Origin: Eledone cirrhosa
Taxonomy: Eukaryota
Assembly: GCA_964016885.1 (NCBI GenBank)
Contig: OZ024744.1
Coordinates: 38,254,001-38,318,000 of the forward strand
Direction: 5' to 3'
Length of the DNA stretch: 64,000 bases
The position numbers and the translations under genes were made by a program. Below are positions 51,694 to 64,000 of the stretch, piece after piece (positions within the stretch are counted from its first letter, which is position 1; every line of letters starts with the position of its first letter). The notes under the pieces were generated by a model, which worked only from the letters and a program-made list of their open reading frames with translations, searched no databases and was not told the DNA's origin.

Positions 51694-52264
51694 GTGAGTT
51701 GGTCCCAGGGTTACTTACTCCAGTAAGCACCACCGGATCCCAACTACAAAATTTAATAGAAATAAGAGAGTAGAATTTTTCATACAATTTCTTTTTGTGA
51801 GAATTATCTCTCACTACATTTGAAATAATAATTGAGGCATGATAAGCTTCTCAAAACGAGTTGAAAAAAGTTTAGCATGCTTGCGCTCGATGTGACCAGT
51901 TTGAGAGGTGCCGCCAAAAGAGTAAGTGAGCAAGAGAGATCCAGTGACGTCAGAACACTCCCTCATATACTGGCCACGGGGAAGTAACTCCAATTAGTTC
52001 TTTTCTCCCCGGGCAAGGTGGCGCTAGTCGCTCCAGACGATAGTCGATAATAACCGTAAAGTCATTGTAGCGAGGAGCCGTAGAATAAGGAGCAAGCAAA
52101 ACAAAAGTCACATAAATTAAAATGGCTTGCAACAGAAGTAAAGTATGAAATAAGCATGCAGAGAAATGTAACTGGAACAATACAATTCAAAACAGTACAA
52201 GGGAGCAAGGAAAATACTGCTCAAAATAAGTTCAAAATGTTTTAAAGTCAAATAGTTAATGCTA

Positions 52265-53669
52265 CTAGGGGTTAGATGTATATTGTTTTGAGAGTTTCCG
52301 TGGCCATATTACTGTCCTGCCACTTCGTGTGACATATGGTTGTGTGGTATGTGGTGTTTGCGGTGGAGGTGAAGGTGTTTGTGTGGGAGTGTATGTGCGA
52401 GGTATGTCAGGCAATGATGTGAGACTTTCAGAGAAAGCCTTCTTTGCTCTGTCAACGGATATAATCTCTTTTCGACCATTGATAGCCACTGTAAAGTGTC
52501 TTGGTGTGTGCGAAAGCACACGAAAAGGTCCTTTATAGGGTGACGTAAGTGTTCCCTTGACGGAATCATTCCGTATAAAAATATGTGTCCACGTAGAGAT
52601 GTCCGATGGGACAGCAGAAAAAATAGACTAGTCACGAGGTTTCATTGGTGGAAGATCCGAGAAATACGAACGAATCCTGGTGACATATGATGCTGGGTCA
52701 ATATGCGATGAATCCACCGGTGCTAACATTTGTCCAGGAAGAGTCAATGTGGTACCATAAAGAAGTTCAGCAGAAGAAAAACCTAAATCTGTCTTAATGG
52801 CAGAACGACAACCAAGAAGCACAATTGGCAAAAATTCGGTCCAACGTTGCGGATCAGGAGTAGCGCGAAGTGCAGCTTTCAACTGTCTATGAAACCTCTC
52901 CACCATTCCATTGGAGGCTGGGTGATAGCTGGTCGTATGAATATGATGAGCACCCAAGAGTCGTGATATTTCACGAAATAAGGAAGCCTCGAACTGTCTT
53001 CCCCGATCTGTAGTTATTTTAGTAGGAACACCAAAGCGAGCAACCCAATTGGAAATGAAAGATCGGGCAACGGACTCTGGTGTTATGTCCACTAGGGGTA
53101 TGGCTTCAGGCCACCGAGAGAAACGATGGATACAGGTCAATATATATGTGAACCCACGACTAACGGGCCAAGGACCAACAATATCCATATGAATATGACG
53201 GAAACGTGCATCTGGCGGGCTGAATTTCCCAAGAGGAGCGCGGACATGCCAATAAATCTTGGAGCGCTGACACTTCAAACAAGAACGTGCCCAACCGGTG
53301 ATTAAACGACGCATATTAGGCCAGAAAAATCGAGCCGTAATAAGCTTCACCGTGGCAGCTGTGCCGGGATACGACAAGGAATGAAGAGCAATCTGGAACA
53401 AGCGGTCTGGGTGAGCCAGTAGAAATATCGCAAAGAATTTTTCCCTCAGCAGACGGAAGAGGTAAATATTCAAATTTACAGCAGGAAAACTGGGTAGAAG
53501 AAATGTCCAGCGAATCCAAAGTAGGTTGGTCAGTTGCCATGGCAACCAAATCGATATGTGCGGGAGACGCAAGAGAACACACAGAAAGTCGAGATAATGC
53601 GTCCACGGATATGTTGGCAGCTCCAGCTATATGACGAATGTCACCGGTGTACTGGGAGATGAAATCCAA
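52265..53669 (-). pseudogene. Gypsy integrase region (frameshifted)
   Basis: FFWPNM..CLKCQRSK, HIHMDIVGP, ITTDRGRQF, NGMVERFH, GPF motif near 52530. Confidence 0.92.
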
Positions 53670-54958
53670 ATGTCTGTATGCCCTCGGAGAGTATCTGTCG
53701 GGCTTGGTTTGAAGAGTGGTTTATGGTCTGTGAATACCGTGAACTCCCGACCTTCAAGAAGATGGTGGAAGTGTCTCACAGCAAGATAAACTGCTAAAAG
53801 CTCTCTGTCAAAAGTACTGTAACGTTGCTCTGTTGGTTTTAGTTGGCGTGAGAAGAACGTCAGTGGTTGAACCTGGTGGTCGATCGCATGTTGCAAAACT
53901 GTTCCAACAGCATGATCGGATGCAGCAACAGTTAAAGAAAGTCTCGCGTTTGCAACAGGATGGGCGAGGAAGGAAACTTCAGCTAGCTCAGACTTGACGG
54001 ATTCAAAAGACTGCAAAGCATCGACAGAAAGTGAAATAGGAGCATCTTTCTTTTTCGCAGCCTTTAAAAACTGTGTCAAGGGGAACAACTTGTCCGCACA
54101 ATTAGGAATGAAGCGACGATAAAAGTTAATTAATCCCAAGAAATGACGTAATTGGTTCAGGGAGGTGGGTGTTGCAATGCGCTGAATCGCTTCTACCTTA
54201 GATGGCAGAAGTCGAATGCCTTCTGAATCTATAAGATGCCCAAGGAATTCCAGTGAATCTGTACCAAACACACATTTATCTGGGTTGATTCTGACCTGGT
54301 ACGATCGAAGACGTTGAAATAACTGGGATAGATGTTGATGATGGTGTTCAGCTGTGTCACTGGCTATCGGGAGGTCATCCACGTAAGCAAACACGAAATC
54401 CAATCCACGCGTGACTTCATCGATAAAACGTTGGAACGTGCTAGAGGCATTCCGCAAGCCAAAAGGCATGGACAGGAATTCAAATGAACCAAAGGGGGTG
54501 GTCACAGCTGTTTTTGGAATATCCTCTGAATTTATGGGTATCTGGTGGTATGCACGTATTAGATCTATTTTGGAAAATATCTTGCATCCATGCAGAACGG
54601 TTGAAAAATCCTGTAAATTTGGTAGAGGATAACGGTCCGGCGTGGTGATGGCATTAAGTCGTTGATAATGTCCCACAGGTCTAAAATCCGCTTCACCCTT
54701 ACGAGCCAAGTGAAGTGGAGATGCCCATGGGCTGGTGGACGTTTGTATAAGACCGAGCTGAAGCAAATGCTCGAACTCGTTTCGTGCTTTTTTTAGTTTA
54801 TCTGGAGCAAATCTTCGTGGACGAGAGAAAACAGGTGGACCAGTCGTTGTAATGAAGTGTTGACTCGAGTGGGCTGCCTGGGTAGGTTTAAATGAAATAT
54901 CCGTTAACTCGGGAAACGAAGTAAGGAGTGCATGAAACTGGTTTCCAGCGGCAGCCAC
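53627..54958 (-). pseudogene. Gypsy RT-RNase H
   Basis: SPWASP, KIDLIRAYHQI, MPFGLRNA, YVDD, FLGLINFYRRFI, YSTFDRELLA, TDHKPL. Confidence 0.95.
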
Positions 54959-56099
54959 AAAAAAATGACGGACTGACAGCAGTAGTGGTAGATTTACGAG
55001 TAGGCGTAGATAAGGATGTGGTACTATTCACAAGTTTCTGGTTCCTGACATCTACCAAAAGTGAATAGTGCTGTAAGAAATCCGCACCGAGAATAGGATG
55101 AGGTAGGTCGGTAATGACAAAAATCCATTTGAAATCTCGACGCAAAGCTAGGTCCAATGATAAAGATATCTGTCCATAAGTTTTTATGGGAGACTGGTTT
55201 ACTGCATACAAGGAAATGCCGGAAAGAGTTGGCTTGGTAGATTTGAACCGCAAAGGCCAAATACTGCAACTAGATCCTGTGTCGACCATGAAGGATTTGT
55301 TTGAAACTCGGTCCAAAAGAGCAGGGCTTGATACAATGTTGTGCCTTATCACTGAAACGCGCATGGTACCAACACAAAGAACTGTTGGCGGGGGAGTTGG
55401 TACGTCCATGAGAAGAAAGAGACCGACTTCGTGAACGCCGCCTAGGTGGCGCTCGATCACAACACAGTTTAGCTACTTGACGCGTTAACTCGGCAATAGC
55501 TTTCAACATGGCTTCCTCACTAGGTGAGGCAGGCTGTTTTTTTTTTAATTAGAAGAGGCAATGACCGAATCAACCGAAGTAGGCTTCCTAGAAAACTCCA
55601 TAATTCTGTCCGCAGAGGCAGCAATTTGTTCTATCGAACTGGTGTCAACCATATTTGCCAATATGGTTTGCACATTAGTTGGTAAACGGGAGAAGAATAA
55701 CTTTTTTACGAAGGAACTGTCTTCGGGTTCAGCATCACTGAGTTCGCGGATACGTCGCAAAAACTCTGTAGTAGTTCTGTTCCCCAGATTTTCATCCTCT
55801 AATAAGGAACGAAATTTACTCTCAGACGACCTACTATTCCTACGCAGTAGCTCTGTCTTCAGAGACTTGTAGGAAACGCCTTGGGGAGGGTCCGTGATTA
55901 TGTATTTTACTGTAATTGCTAGTGAAGCTGGAATTCCGCTGATTAGCACGTTTAATTTTTGCGGTTTTTCCTGTACTCCGTTGACCGCAAAATACGCATC
56001 GAGCTGGGCGAACCACAATTTGGTATCGCCAGAATACACTGATAGCGATGTGTTGCTCATGATGAAATTTGGTCGAGAGAGATGATTTTCTTTTTTCAA
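54888..56099 (-). pseudogene. Gypsy gag plus aspartic protease (frameshifted)
   Basis: LWFAQLDAYF, LGNRTTTEFLR, CWYHARFSDKAQHCIKPC (C-x2-H-x9-C-x3-C), FMVDTGSS..ILGADFL. Confidence 0.9.
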
Positions 56100-56774
56100 A
56101 ACGTTGGGAGAAATTATATATTCAAACGTCGGTAGAAATTATATGTTGCAGACGTCGATAGAAATTATATGTTTAAACGTCGGTAGAAATTATATGTTAA
56201 GACGGGGTCACCACTTTTAGTGAGTTGGTCCCAGGGTTACTTACTCCAGTAAGCACCACAGGATCCCAACTACGAAATTTAATAGAAATAAGATATAGTA
56301 GAATTTTTCATACAATTTCTTTTTGTGAGAATTATCTCTCACTACATTTGAAATAATAACTGAGGCATGATAAGCTTCTCAAAACGAGTATCAAAATAAC
56401 TTGCGTTTATTGTAGTCTGTGTATTACAAAAGTGGTAAATAAATGTGCCTCGTGGCATGACAAGGTATAATCCTGAATTGAAAGATATGGTTGAAAAAAG
56501 GTGAGCATGCTTGCGCTCGATGTGACTAGTTTGAGAGGTGCCACCAAAAGAGTAACTGAGCAAGAGAGGTCGAGTGACGTCAGAACACTCCCTTACATAC
56601 TGGCCACGGGGAAGTAACTCCAATTAGTTTTTTTTCCCCGGGCAAGGTGGCGCTAGTCGCTACACACACACATATATATATTTATTTATTTATTAAAATA
56701 GCAGATTAAAGTTTAAGCAAAGAATCGCTGCGTTCATCCTTAACGGGATGTTCTGAAACCCTGGATTTATTATT

Positions 56775-57183
56775 ATTACTCCCACACGCCTCACACCCGT
56801 TCACCACTTGTTTCATTTAATCCCCCGACTTTTAATGTCTTGCCACCACTCCCTCTCACACCATCGGAACTCTTTTCCTGCCCACTTTTCTCCTGATGAA
56901 CAGTCGAGTTATATTCTATTATAAGTTGAGCCAACTTATGCAGCTTCATATGCAAATGAGATTAATCACCTCATTTACACAGACGAGAAAACTATATATT
57001 CTCGACTGTTTTCAAGTCCAGCAGTCACAAACGGTGGGAGGGACCGTCCTGAGGAAGGACAGTCAAGCCTGAAATGCAGAGACATTTGTCCACCTTGCTT
57101 CTGCTGGATACCATCAGAGGGCGTTAGTCCAGGTATTTGCATAGCTACGACTTCCTAAAACCGCGTTTCTTTAGAAATACGAA

Positions 57184-57187
<4 letters not shown>
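56775..57187 (+). mobile_element. Family X pLTR copy with decayed HHR (57043-57086)
   Basis: Matches 38128-38388; inverted at 58640-58935. Confidence 0.8.
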
Positions 57188-57270
<83 letters not shown>

Positions 57271-57275
<5 letters not shown>

Positions 57276-57426
57276 TCTTTTTCCATTTCTTAGAGAGTTT
57301 AAACCCCACTGGTAGGCTAAATTTTCTTTAGTAAAAAAAAAAAAAACTACCTTATTTTTCTTTTTTTTTACTAAAGAAAATTTAGCCTAACAGTGGGGTT
57401 TAAAATCTCTAAGAAATGGAAAAAGA

Positions 57427-57431
<5 letters not shown>
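57271..57431. repeat. Fold-back with arms of about 70 bp between (TA)n tracts
   Basis: tatcatctttttccatttcttagaga..tttagtaaaa / ttttactaaa..tctctaagaaatggaaaaagatgata. Confidence 0.88.
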
Positions 57432-57474
<43 letters not shown>

Positions 57475-57686
57475 CGTTTCTGAATTTGTTAGGCAAGATT
57501 CTTTATCTGAAATCGTGTGTTGAAACCGATATTGTTATACTTTGGGAGGGTCATGTTGCCAATAAGAAACACACGCACCAGTTGCTTTCACTTCAATTTA
57601 TTATATATTTATAAATTTACAATTTTATAAATCTATAAATTTCTGGTTGGTTGGTTGGTTCCACAACCAGATAGTTGTTTATATAT

Positions 57687-57731
57687 AGTCATAGTCCTTT
57701 CGTCACACACTCTGTGACCTCTTCAGTGACT
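57687..57731 (-). ncRNA. Type I hammerhead ribozyme in a PLE 3' UTR
   Basis: Minus strand: agtca-CTGAAGA-g-gtcac-agagtgt-gtgac-GAAAG-ga-CTA-tgact. Confidence 0.8.
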
Positions 57732-57939
57732 GGGGATTCCTTTCTTTGTTTCTGTGCCTCTCCTTTGTTCTATCCTACGCCATTTTGTTTCTGTGTGTGT
57801 GTTGTGTGCTCAGTCTGCGCATATGCCACATCCGGGTGTCTGTGTGTGTTTATTTTCATTTATCTATTTGTTTATTTATTTACTTATTTACATGTTACTG
57901 GTTGGTTGTTTGTTCTATGTGTGTGTTTTCATTTTGTCC

Positions 57940-58635
57940 TTAATTGTAAGTTGTGATGTTGCTGTTCCACTCATATTTTCTATTTAATTTTGGTTGTAAT
58001 TCTTTTATGTTTATTGCCTCTGTAATTTGTCTAAACATTGCATCTTTTCTGTGTGTAGATTCTATTTTTATTTCTATGTTCTCTAATTTACCCTTGTGTT
58101 CTATCTTAGCATGTTGGTAGAGTACAGATGATTCTTTATTATCTTGAAGGTCTCGCCAGTGTTCATTTATCCGTTCCCCTATACTACGGGCTGTCTCACC
58201 TATGTACACTATATTTTTGTCTCTACATTGTCCTTCAGTACATCTTATGCTATACACTACATTTCTAGTTTTACAGTTAATATGGGGGCTTATTTTACAG
58301 GTTATACATTTCTTATCTATACATGAGGGTCTTTGAAAAGGGTATGTCTTGCTAATAGGTGTTTTTACGGAGGTACCTGGTCTTTCTACTATCTTAATAT
58401 TGAGTTTATGTTTATTTAGGGCCCTTCTAAATTTGTAGGCTAGTTCGCCTCTAGGGGTTGTATCGATGAACATGACACTCTGGTATTTATTGCTATCATA
58501 CCATGAGTTTATTCTATTAGCCTTGTTCCTAGTTCTTTCTATTCTATTCCAAAATTTGCTCCTATACAAGGGGCAGGTCCCATTTATGTCATTATTTACC
58601 ATTTTTTCCCATTTGGTTCTGGCTCCTCTATACAC
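57940..58635 (-). pseudogene. PLE C-terminal half with GIY-YIG, 5'-truncated
   Basis: PLYRSKFW, VMFIDTTPRGEL, C..C..C..CKTRNVVYSIRC..VYIGETARSIGERINEH, RQITEAINI..LNRKYEW. Confidence 0.88.
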
Positions 58636-59600
58636 TCTGATTCAGGCTTGACTGTCCTTCCTCAGGACGGTCCCTCCCACCGTTTGTGACTGCTGGACTT
58701 GAAAACAGTCGAGAATATATAGTTTTCTCGTCTGTGTAAATGAGGTGATTAATCTCATTTGCATATGAAGCTGCATAAGTTGGCTCAACTTATAATAGAA
58801 TATAACTCGACTGTTCATCAGGAGAAAAGTGGGCAGGAAAAGAGTTCCGATGGTGTGAGAGGGAGTGGTGGCAAGACATTAAAAGTCGGGGGATTAAATG
58901 AAACAAGTGGTGAAAGGGTGTGGGGCGTGTGGGAGTGGAGTGGGTGGATTGGGGGTAATGGGAGAGGGAGACAGGGGTCCGAGCGGGGAGGGCGAAGATG
59001 GTGTGTGTGTATGTGCGGATATGAGTGTGAGAGTTTGGGGAAGAACGAGGTTCCATGTTAGGGTAATAGGTAAACCAGTGTGTACATGGCGTAGGGTGTA
59101 AGTTAGTGCGTGTGTGTATGGAGATGGGTCAGAGGGGTGGGGGGAGGGGCGTGCGGAGTACGGAGACCATGTGTGTGTATGTGAGGATACGCACGTATGT
59201 GTGCCAGTTTTTCTGTTGTGCGGATGTATGATTGCGTGTGTGCGAAAATAGTGTAAGTGTTTGTGTGTGTGTGTGTGTACCTGAATGTTTTCCCGCAGAG
59301 TATAGGAATAGATGTTGAAAATTCAGAGTATAGCAGGGTGGATGCCTGGAGCGGTGGACGAGTGGTGTAGAATCCTTGGTTTGGTGTGGAGTGCGTGCGC
59401 TACAGGAAGTGGTCAGAGGGTCAAGGCAGGGCGAAGTATATGGGAGGGAGGAGATAGTAGTAGGAAGGTGACAGACAGTCAGTGGTAGGGAGGAAGGCAG
59501 ACGGACGGGTGTTAGGGATGGTCTATATGTGTGTGGAATGTGTGTATGTGTGTGCTGAAGTACGGTGGGCAAGGGAGGGGATGGGTATTATAATTTATTT
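58636..59600 (-). mobile_element. Family X pLTR/3' UTR ending inside its HHR
   Basis: 58640-58935 is the reverse complement of 56778-57073; the extent beyond 58935 is inferred from composition. Confidence 0.6.
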
Positions 59601-59744
59601 CCTCCTAAATGTGATACTTTGTGTCTTTGCAACCCTGTGTTGGGCCCAGGAAACTGACCACTGATCAGCTGAACATGAGACAGCCTAATATGTCTCCGTG
59701 AAATTCGCTGATGATCGGCTCAATCAAGGCCAATATGTAGGTAA

Positions 59745-59774
59745 ACAACAACAACACCTCCACCACCACCAACA

Positions 59775-59809
<35 letters not shown>

Positions 59810-59834
59810 CACCACCACTGCCATCATCACTACC

Positions 59835-59879
<45 letters not shown>

Positions 59880-59885
59880 GCCATC

Positions 59886-59932
<47 letters not shown>

Positions 59933-59975
59933 CACCACCACTACTACTACTACTACTGCCATCACCACCACCACC

Positions 59976-60019
<44 letters not shown>

Positions 60020-60037
60020 TACTACTACTACTGCCAT

Positions 60038-60079
<42 letters not shown>

Positions 60080-60150
60080 CACGAGCACCACTACTACTAC
60101 TACTGCCACCCCCACCCCCACCACCACTACTACTACTGCTACTACTACTA

Positions 60151-60183
<33 letters not shown>

Positions 60184-60222
60184 TTATTGCTGCTGCTGCT
60201 ACTACTACTACTACTACTACTA
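59745..60222. repeat. (CTA/CCA/CTG)n trinucleotide tract
   Basis: Direct reading. Confidence 0.95.
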
Positions 60223-60409
60223 TTAGAATATTCGAACGACAACCTTAATTGTAAATGGGATAAGAATTAACAACTTCTTTCGAGTCCAACAGTTTGGTAA
60301 AGTGCCAAGATTGTCTATTATTGATCTATTATAAGGTATTCATCTCAGAACCGTGTTTGTCTCCTTTGAATATCTCGTATCATACCAACACTCGGATACT
60401 CTTTGTGAT

Positions 60410-60585
60410 AATTGTTTCTACATTTGGCACAAGGCCAGCAAAAATCCAGTGTATTACTGGTACTTTATTTTATCGACCCCGTAAGGATGAAAGGCAAAGT
60501 CAACCTCGGCGGGATTTGAACTCAGATCGTAAAGGGACGTAACTACGCTGGAAAGCATGTCTAACCCTCTATCAATACTGCCAAT
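60410..60585 (-). mobile_element. tRNA-derived SINE
   Basis: Reverse-complement core and boxes. Confidence 0.85.
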
Positions 60586-61021
60586 AATGAGGGTCTGTAT
60601 GTGTTTGCTTGTATATATGCATGTATGCATGCTTACTTGTATGTATGTATGTATGTATGTATGTATGTATGTATGTATATATGTATGTATGCAAGCATGT
60701 GTGCATGTTAATATGCATGTATATATGCATGAATGTATGTATATATGCATGTATGCATGCTTACTTGTATGTATGTATGTATGTATGTATGTATGTATGT
60801 ATGTATGTATGTATGTATGTATGTATGTATGTATGCAAGCATGTGTGCATGTTAATATGCATGTATATATGCATGAATGTATGTATGTATATATGTAAGT
60901 ATTCATGTATATATGTATGTATTTATGTATGCATGAAGACGCTACTTTTTCCCTAAAATAAGTCTAAAAAATCTACCATGCGTCCTGGAGGCCAAAGGTT
61001 GTTTATTATTTTTTTTTAAAA

Positions 61022-61403
61022 AGGGCAGTGGATTGGCAGTATCGGTAGAGGGTCGGACGCCATGCTTTCCAGCATAGTTACGTCCCTTTACGATCTGAGT
61101 TCAAATCCCGCCGAGGTTGACTTTGCCTTTCATCATTACGGGGTTGATAAAATAAAGTACCAGTAATGCACTGGGTAATTGCTGGCCTTGTGCCTAAAGT
61201 AGAAACAATTCCATTAATGGATTCTACCTGTAATTTCCTAACTAGTTATGTTCTCTCTATTTTTGTGAAGCCCAGCTTCTAATATATATATATATATATA
61301 TATGTATGTATATGTGTATATATATGTATGTATATGTGTATATAAATGTATGTATGTGTATGAATATGCGCGGAGACATAGAAATAATCGGGCTTGATAC
61401 CCG

Positions 61404-61436
<33 letters not shown>

Positions 61437-61750
61437 CATATATACATACATATATATACACATATACATATATATATATATATATATATTAGAAGCTGGG
61501 CTTCACAAAAATAGAGAGAACATAACTAGTTAGGAAATTACAGGTAGAATCCATTAATGGAATTGTTTCTACTTTAGGCACAAGGCCAGCAATTACCCAG
61601 TGCATTACTGGTACTTTATTTTATCGACCCCGTAAGGATGAAAGGCAAAGTTAACCTCGGCGGGATTTGAACTCAGATCGTAAAGGGACGTAACTATGCT
61701 GGAAAGCATGGCGTCCGACCCTCTACCGATACTGCCAATCCACCGCCATT
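61022..61750. mobile_element. Inverted pair of full-length SINEs sharing a duplicated 72-bp flank
   Basis: 61028-61300 is the reverse complement of 61470-61743. Confidence 0.9.
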
Positions 61751-61830
61751 TATTATTAATAATGTTATATCGTGCAATGGCCATACCGAGGGGGCAGCCA
61801 TCATCATCATTTATATAGGTATGTATGTAT

Positions 61831-62250
61831 GTCAAGGCAGAATTCTAGGAGAAGGAAAACTCTGATATAACACCTGCAACTCTGATGGTATCCAATGATG
61901 TTGACTTGTTCTTCTTTTTGGTAAATATCATCTTGGTTAAGAGAGTGGGACTGGCTTTGTGCAGTGCCTTTGCTCACTATAAAAGCTTCACGGCACAGGC
62001 ATTGCTTTATATCTGGAGATCTCTCTGCACTTGTCATCACATGGTACCAACACTATGTGTCAATAATTGTCACAAGTGTAGTGTTTGTACCAGAGTTTTC
62101 AAGTCGCTGGCTGGACTAAAAAGTCACACTCGTTCAGCGCATCGGTAGGGGTCCTCCTATATGGATATAAAGTAGTGGCCGTACTCGAAAACGAGTTGGC
62201 AGCCACCATGTATGTATGTATATATGTACGTATGTATCTATGTATGTATG
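61831..62250 (+). mobile_element. Bipartite RTE-derived element, family B (5'-truncated)
   Basis: Matches 23955-24339; (TGTA)n tail. Confidence 0.75.
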
Positions 62251-62379
62251 TCTGCATGCTTGCTGCATATTTGTATTCACCAACACCAATGTTGGCATAT
62301 ATATGTTAGTGAATTTTCAGGAAGGCTCTTTAATATCTAACGATTTCTTGCTGCATCAAAAACATATATTACACTTATA

Positions 62380-63100
62380 CGTGATCTTCTTTATGCAGAC
62401 AACTGATATTCTTAGCTTTATGGAAGAAAACCTTCAATATCTGATGGATTGCTTCTCGGCGTGTGATGAGTTTGGGTTGACAACCAACATATTAAAGTCT
62501 GCGGTGTTGTACTAACATGCACCTTGATAGTTGTATATTCCACCATCCATATCTGTCAAAGAGAAAATATTGAAGTTTGTGGATAAGTATGTCTACCTGA
62601 GTAGTATTCCCTACAGAGTTAACACACTTGATGAGAAGGTAAGCTACCAGTTGTCTAAAGCTTCCGATGCTTTTGGTAAGATGGAAAAGCGCCTGTCGTC
62701 ACAGTCAGATATCAGGCATGTGTGCATGCAAACTTGCTGTATGGATGTGAGACATGGGCAACATATTGTTGGAATATCCAGCGGCTCGTACACTTCCGCC
62801 AACAAGGTCTCTTGGAAGTCTCCAACACCAGATACTGATGTGCTGCAGCAGACCTACCTGCCAAGCATCGAGACCATAATCATGAAACAGCATCTCCGGT
62901 GGGTCAGGTAACATAGTAGGCCTAGAAAACAGCAGACTTCCAAAACAAGTATTGTATGGAGAACTGTTGCAAGGCAAATGCCTGTAGTACAAGCCACACA
63001 AGCGTTACAAAAATTCCTGAAAGATACCCCGAAGAAGGTAAAAAACAAATCCGAAACATGAGAAAAATCTTTCAGTAGACAGAACCCAGGGGCCAAATCT
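62380..63100 (+). mobile_element. Degenerate RTE LINE RT C-terminal fragment
   Basis: DLLYAD.., LQYLMDCF..FGLTTN..K, VDKYVYLSS, SKASDAFGKM, LPSIETII..HLRWVR. Confidence 0.8.
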
Positions 63101-63191
63101 GATTGCTGTTGTTGTTAAGGAATTCGAAAAGAATCTGAGGGACTAAGCTGAAGTAGGAGAGAAAGAGAAGTTGAGAGAGAAATAGGAAATG

Positions 63192-63538
<347 letters not shown>

Positions 63539-63829
63539 CGAGAGATAGAGAGAAAGAGAGAGAGTGGGAGCTGTTATGAACAGTATCATCTGCTTGTATT
63601 GTCTGTATATAAATATTTTAAATACACGAAATGAACTTCCCCAACCCTCCTCTGTTATAAGACTGGTTATATACCTCCTCGAAATGTCCTCACCAAGATA
63701 CAAACTTAGGCATGTCTTGTGTAAGACCAACAAAGTCCCACGCATCCCAGTCTTTCTTCTTCTCGACACCCATATTATCCAATAGAAAGGTGAAAATAAA
63801 AGCCGAAACAGCTTGACACCAGTGGTCAT

Positions 63830-63958
63830 GACTCGCCAGAGAGGACTGGAGAAATGTGAAATAAGCTGTTTACTTAAGGACACAACGCGGGTAATTGAAC
63901 TCACGACTTTATGATTGTGAGTTTAACCCACTCTAACCACTAGGCTACGCGTCTTCAC
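63830..63958 (-). mobile_element. Second tRNA-derived SINE family
   Basis: Minus strand: tagcctagtggttagag (A box), gagttcaattacc (B box), gttgtgtccttaagtaa core. Confidence 0.6.
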
Positions 63959-64000
63959 AATCCACTATATATGGTGACGTCTATGTTTACTGGTTTCGAT

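Larger units (their letters stand above)
51692..56664 (-). mobile_element. Ty3/Gypsy LTR retrotransposon, CsRn1-like clade, decayed
   Basis: LTRs 56218-56664 (5', starts TGTAG) and 51692-52035 (3', lacks about 100 bp); PBS TGGTGACCCCG at 56203-56213; gag-PR-RT-RH-INT order. Confidence 0.95.

Noticed and set aside
61025-61110. tRNA-like A and B boxes
   Set aside because: SINE heads, not tRNA genes.
63570-63790. Possible coding fragment on the minus strand
   Set aside because: No recognisable motif or splice signals.

Overview
AT-rich, microsatellite-dense animal genomic DNA, most likely a cephalopod such as octopus (inferred from the SINE and repeat content, not proven). I found no convincing host protein-coding gene; nearly all recognisable sequence is mobile elements nested in (TA)n, (CA)n and (TGTA)n tracts. 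Content: at least seven Penelope-like retroelements (PLEs; RT and/or GIY-YIG), one near full-length with a single homopolymer frameshift; a CsRn1-clade Ty3/Gypsy LTR element; a nearly intact Buster/SPIN-like hAT transposon with TIRs and an 8-bp TSD; Helitron-like non-autonomous elements; RTE, Tx1 and CR1 LINE remnants; bipartite RTE-derived elements; and many tRNA-derived SINEs. The main signal not shown by the ORF track is about 30 type-I hammerhead ribozyme (HHR) motifs read by eye, in roughly ten sequence families. They include HHRs with 40-85 nt inserted in stem II, a family with a compensatory U3-A8 core, a U4C core, and an ORF-less octamer/TATA/HHR cassette in tandem (retrozyme-like). 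Two junctions fall at the predicted cleavage site. Many of these elements form fold-back structures. All RNA structures were paired by hand; none was computed or tested.
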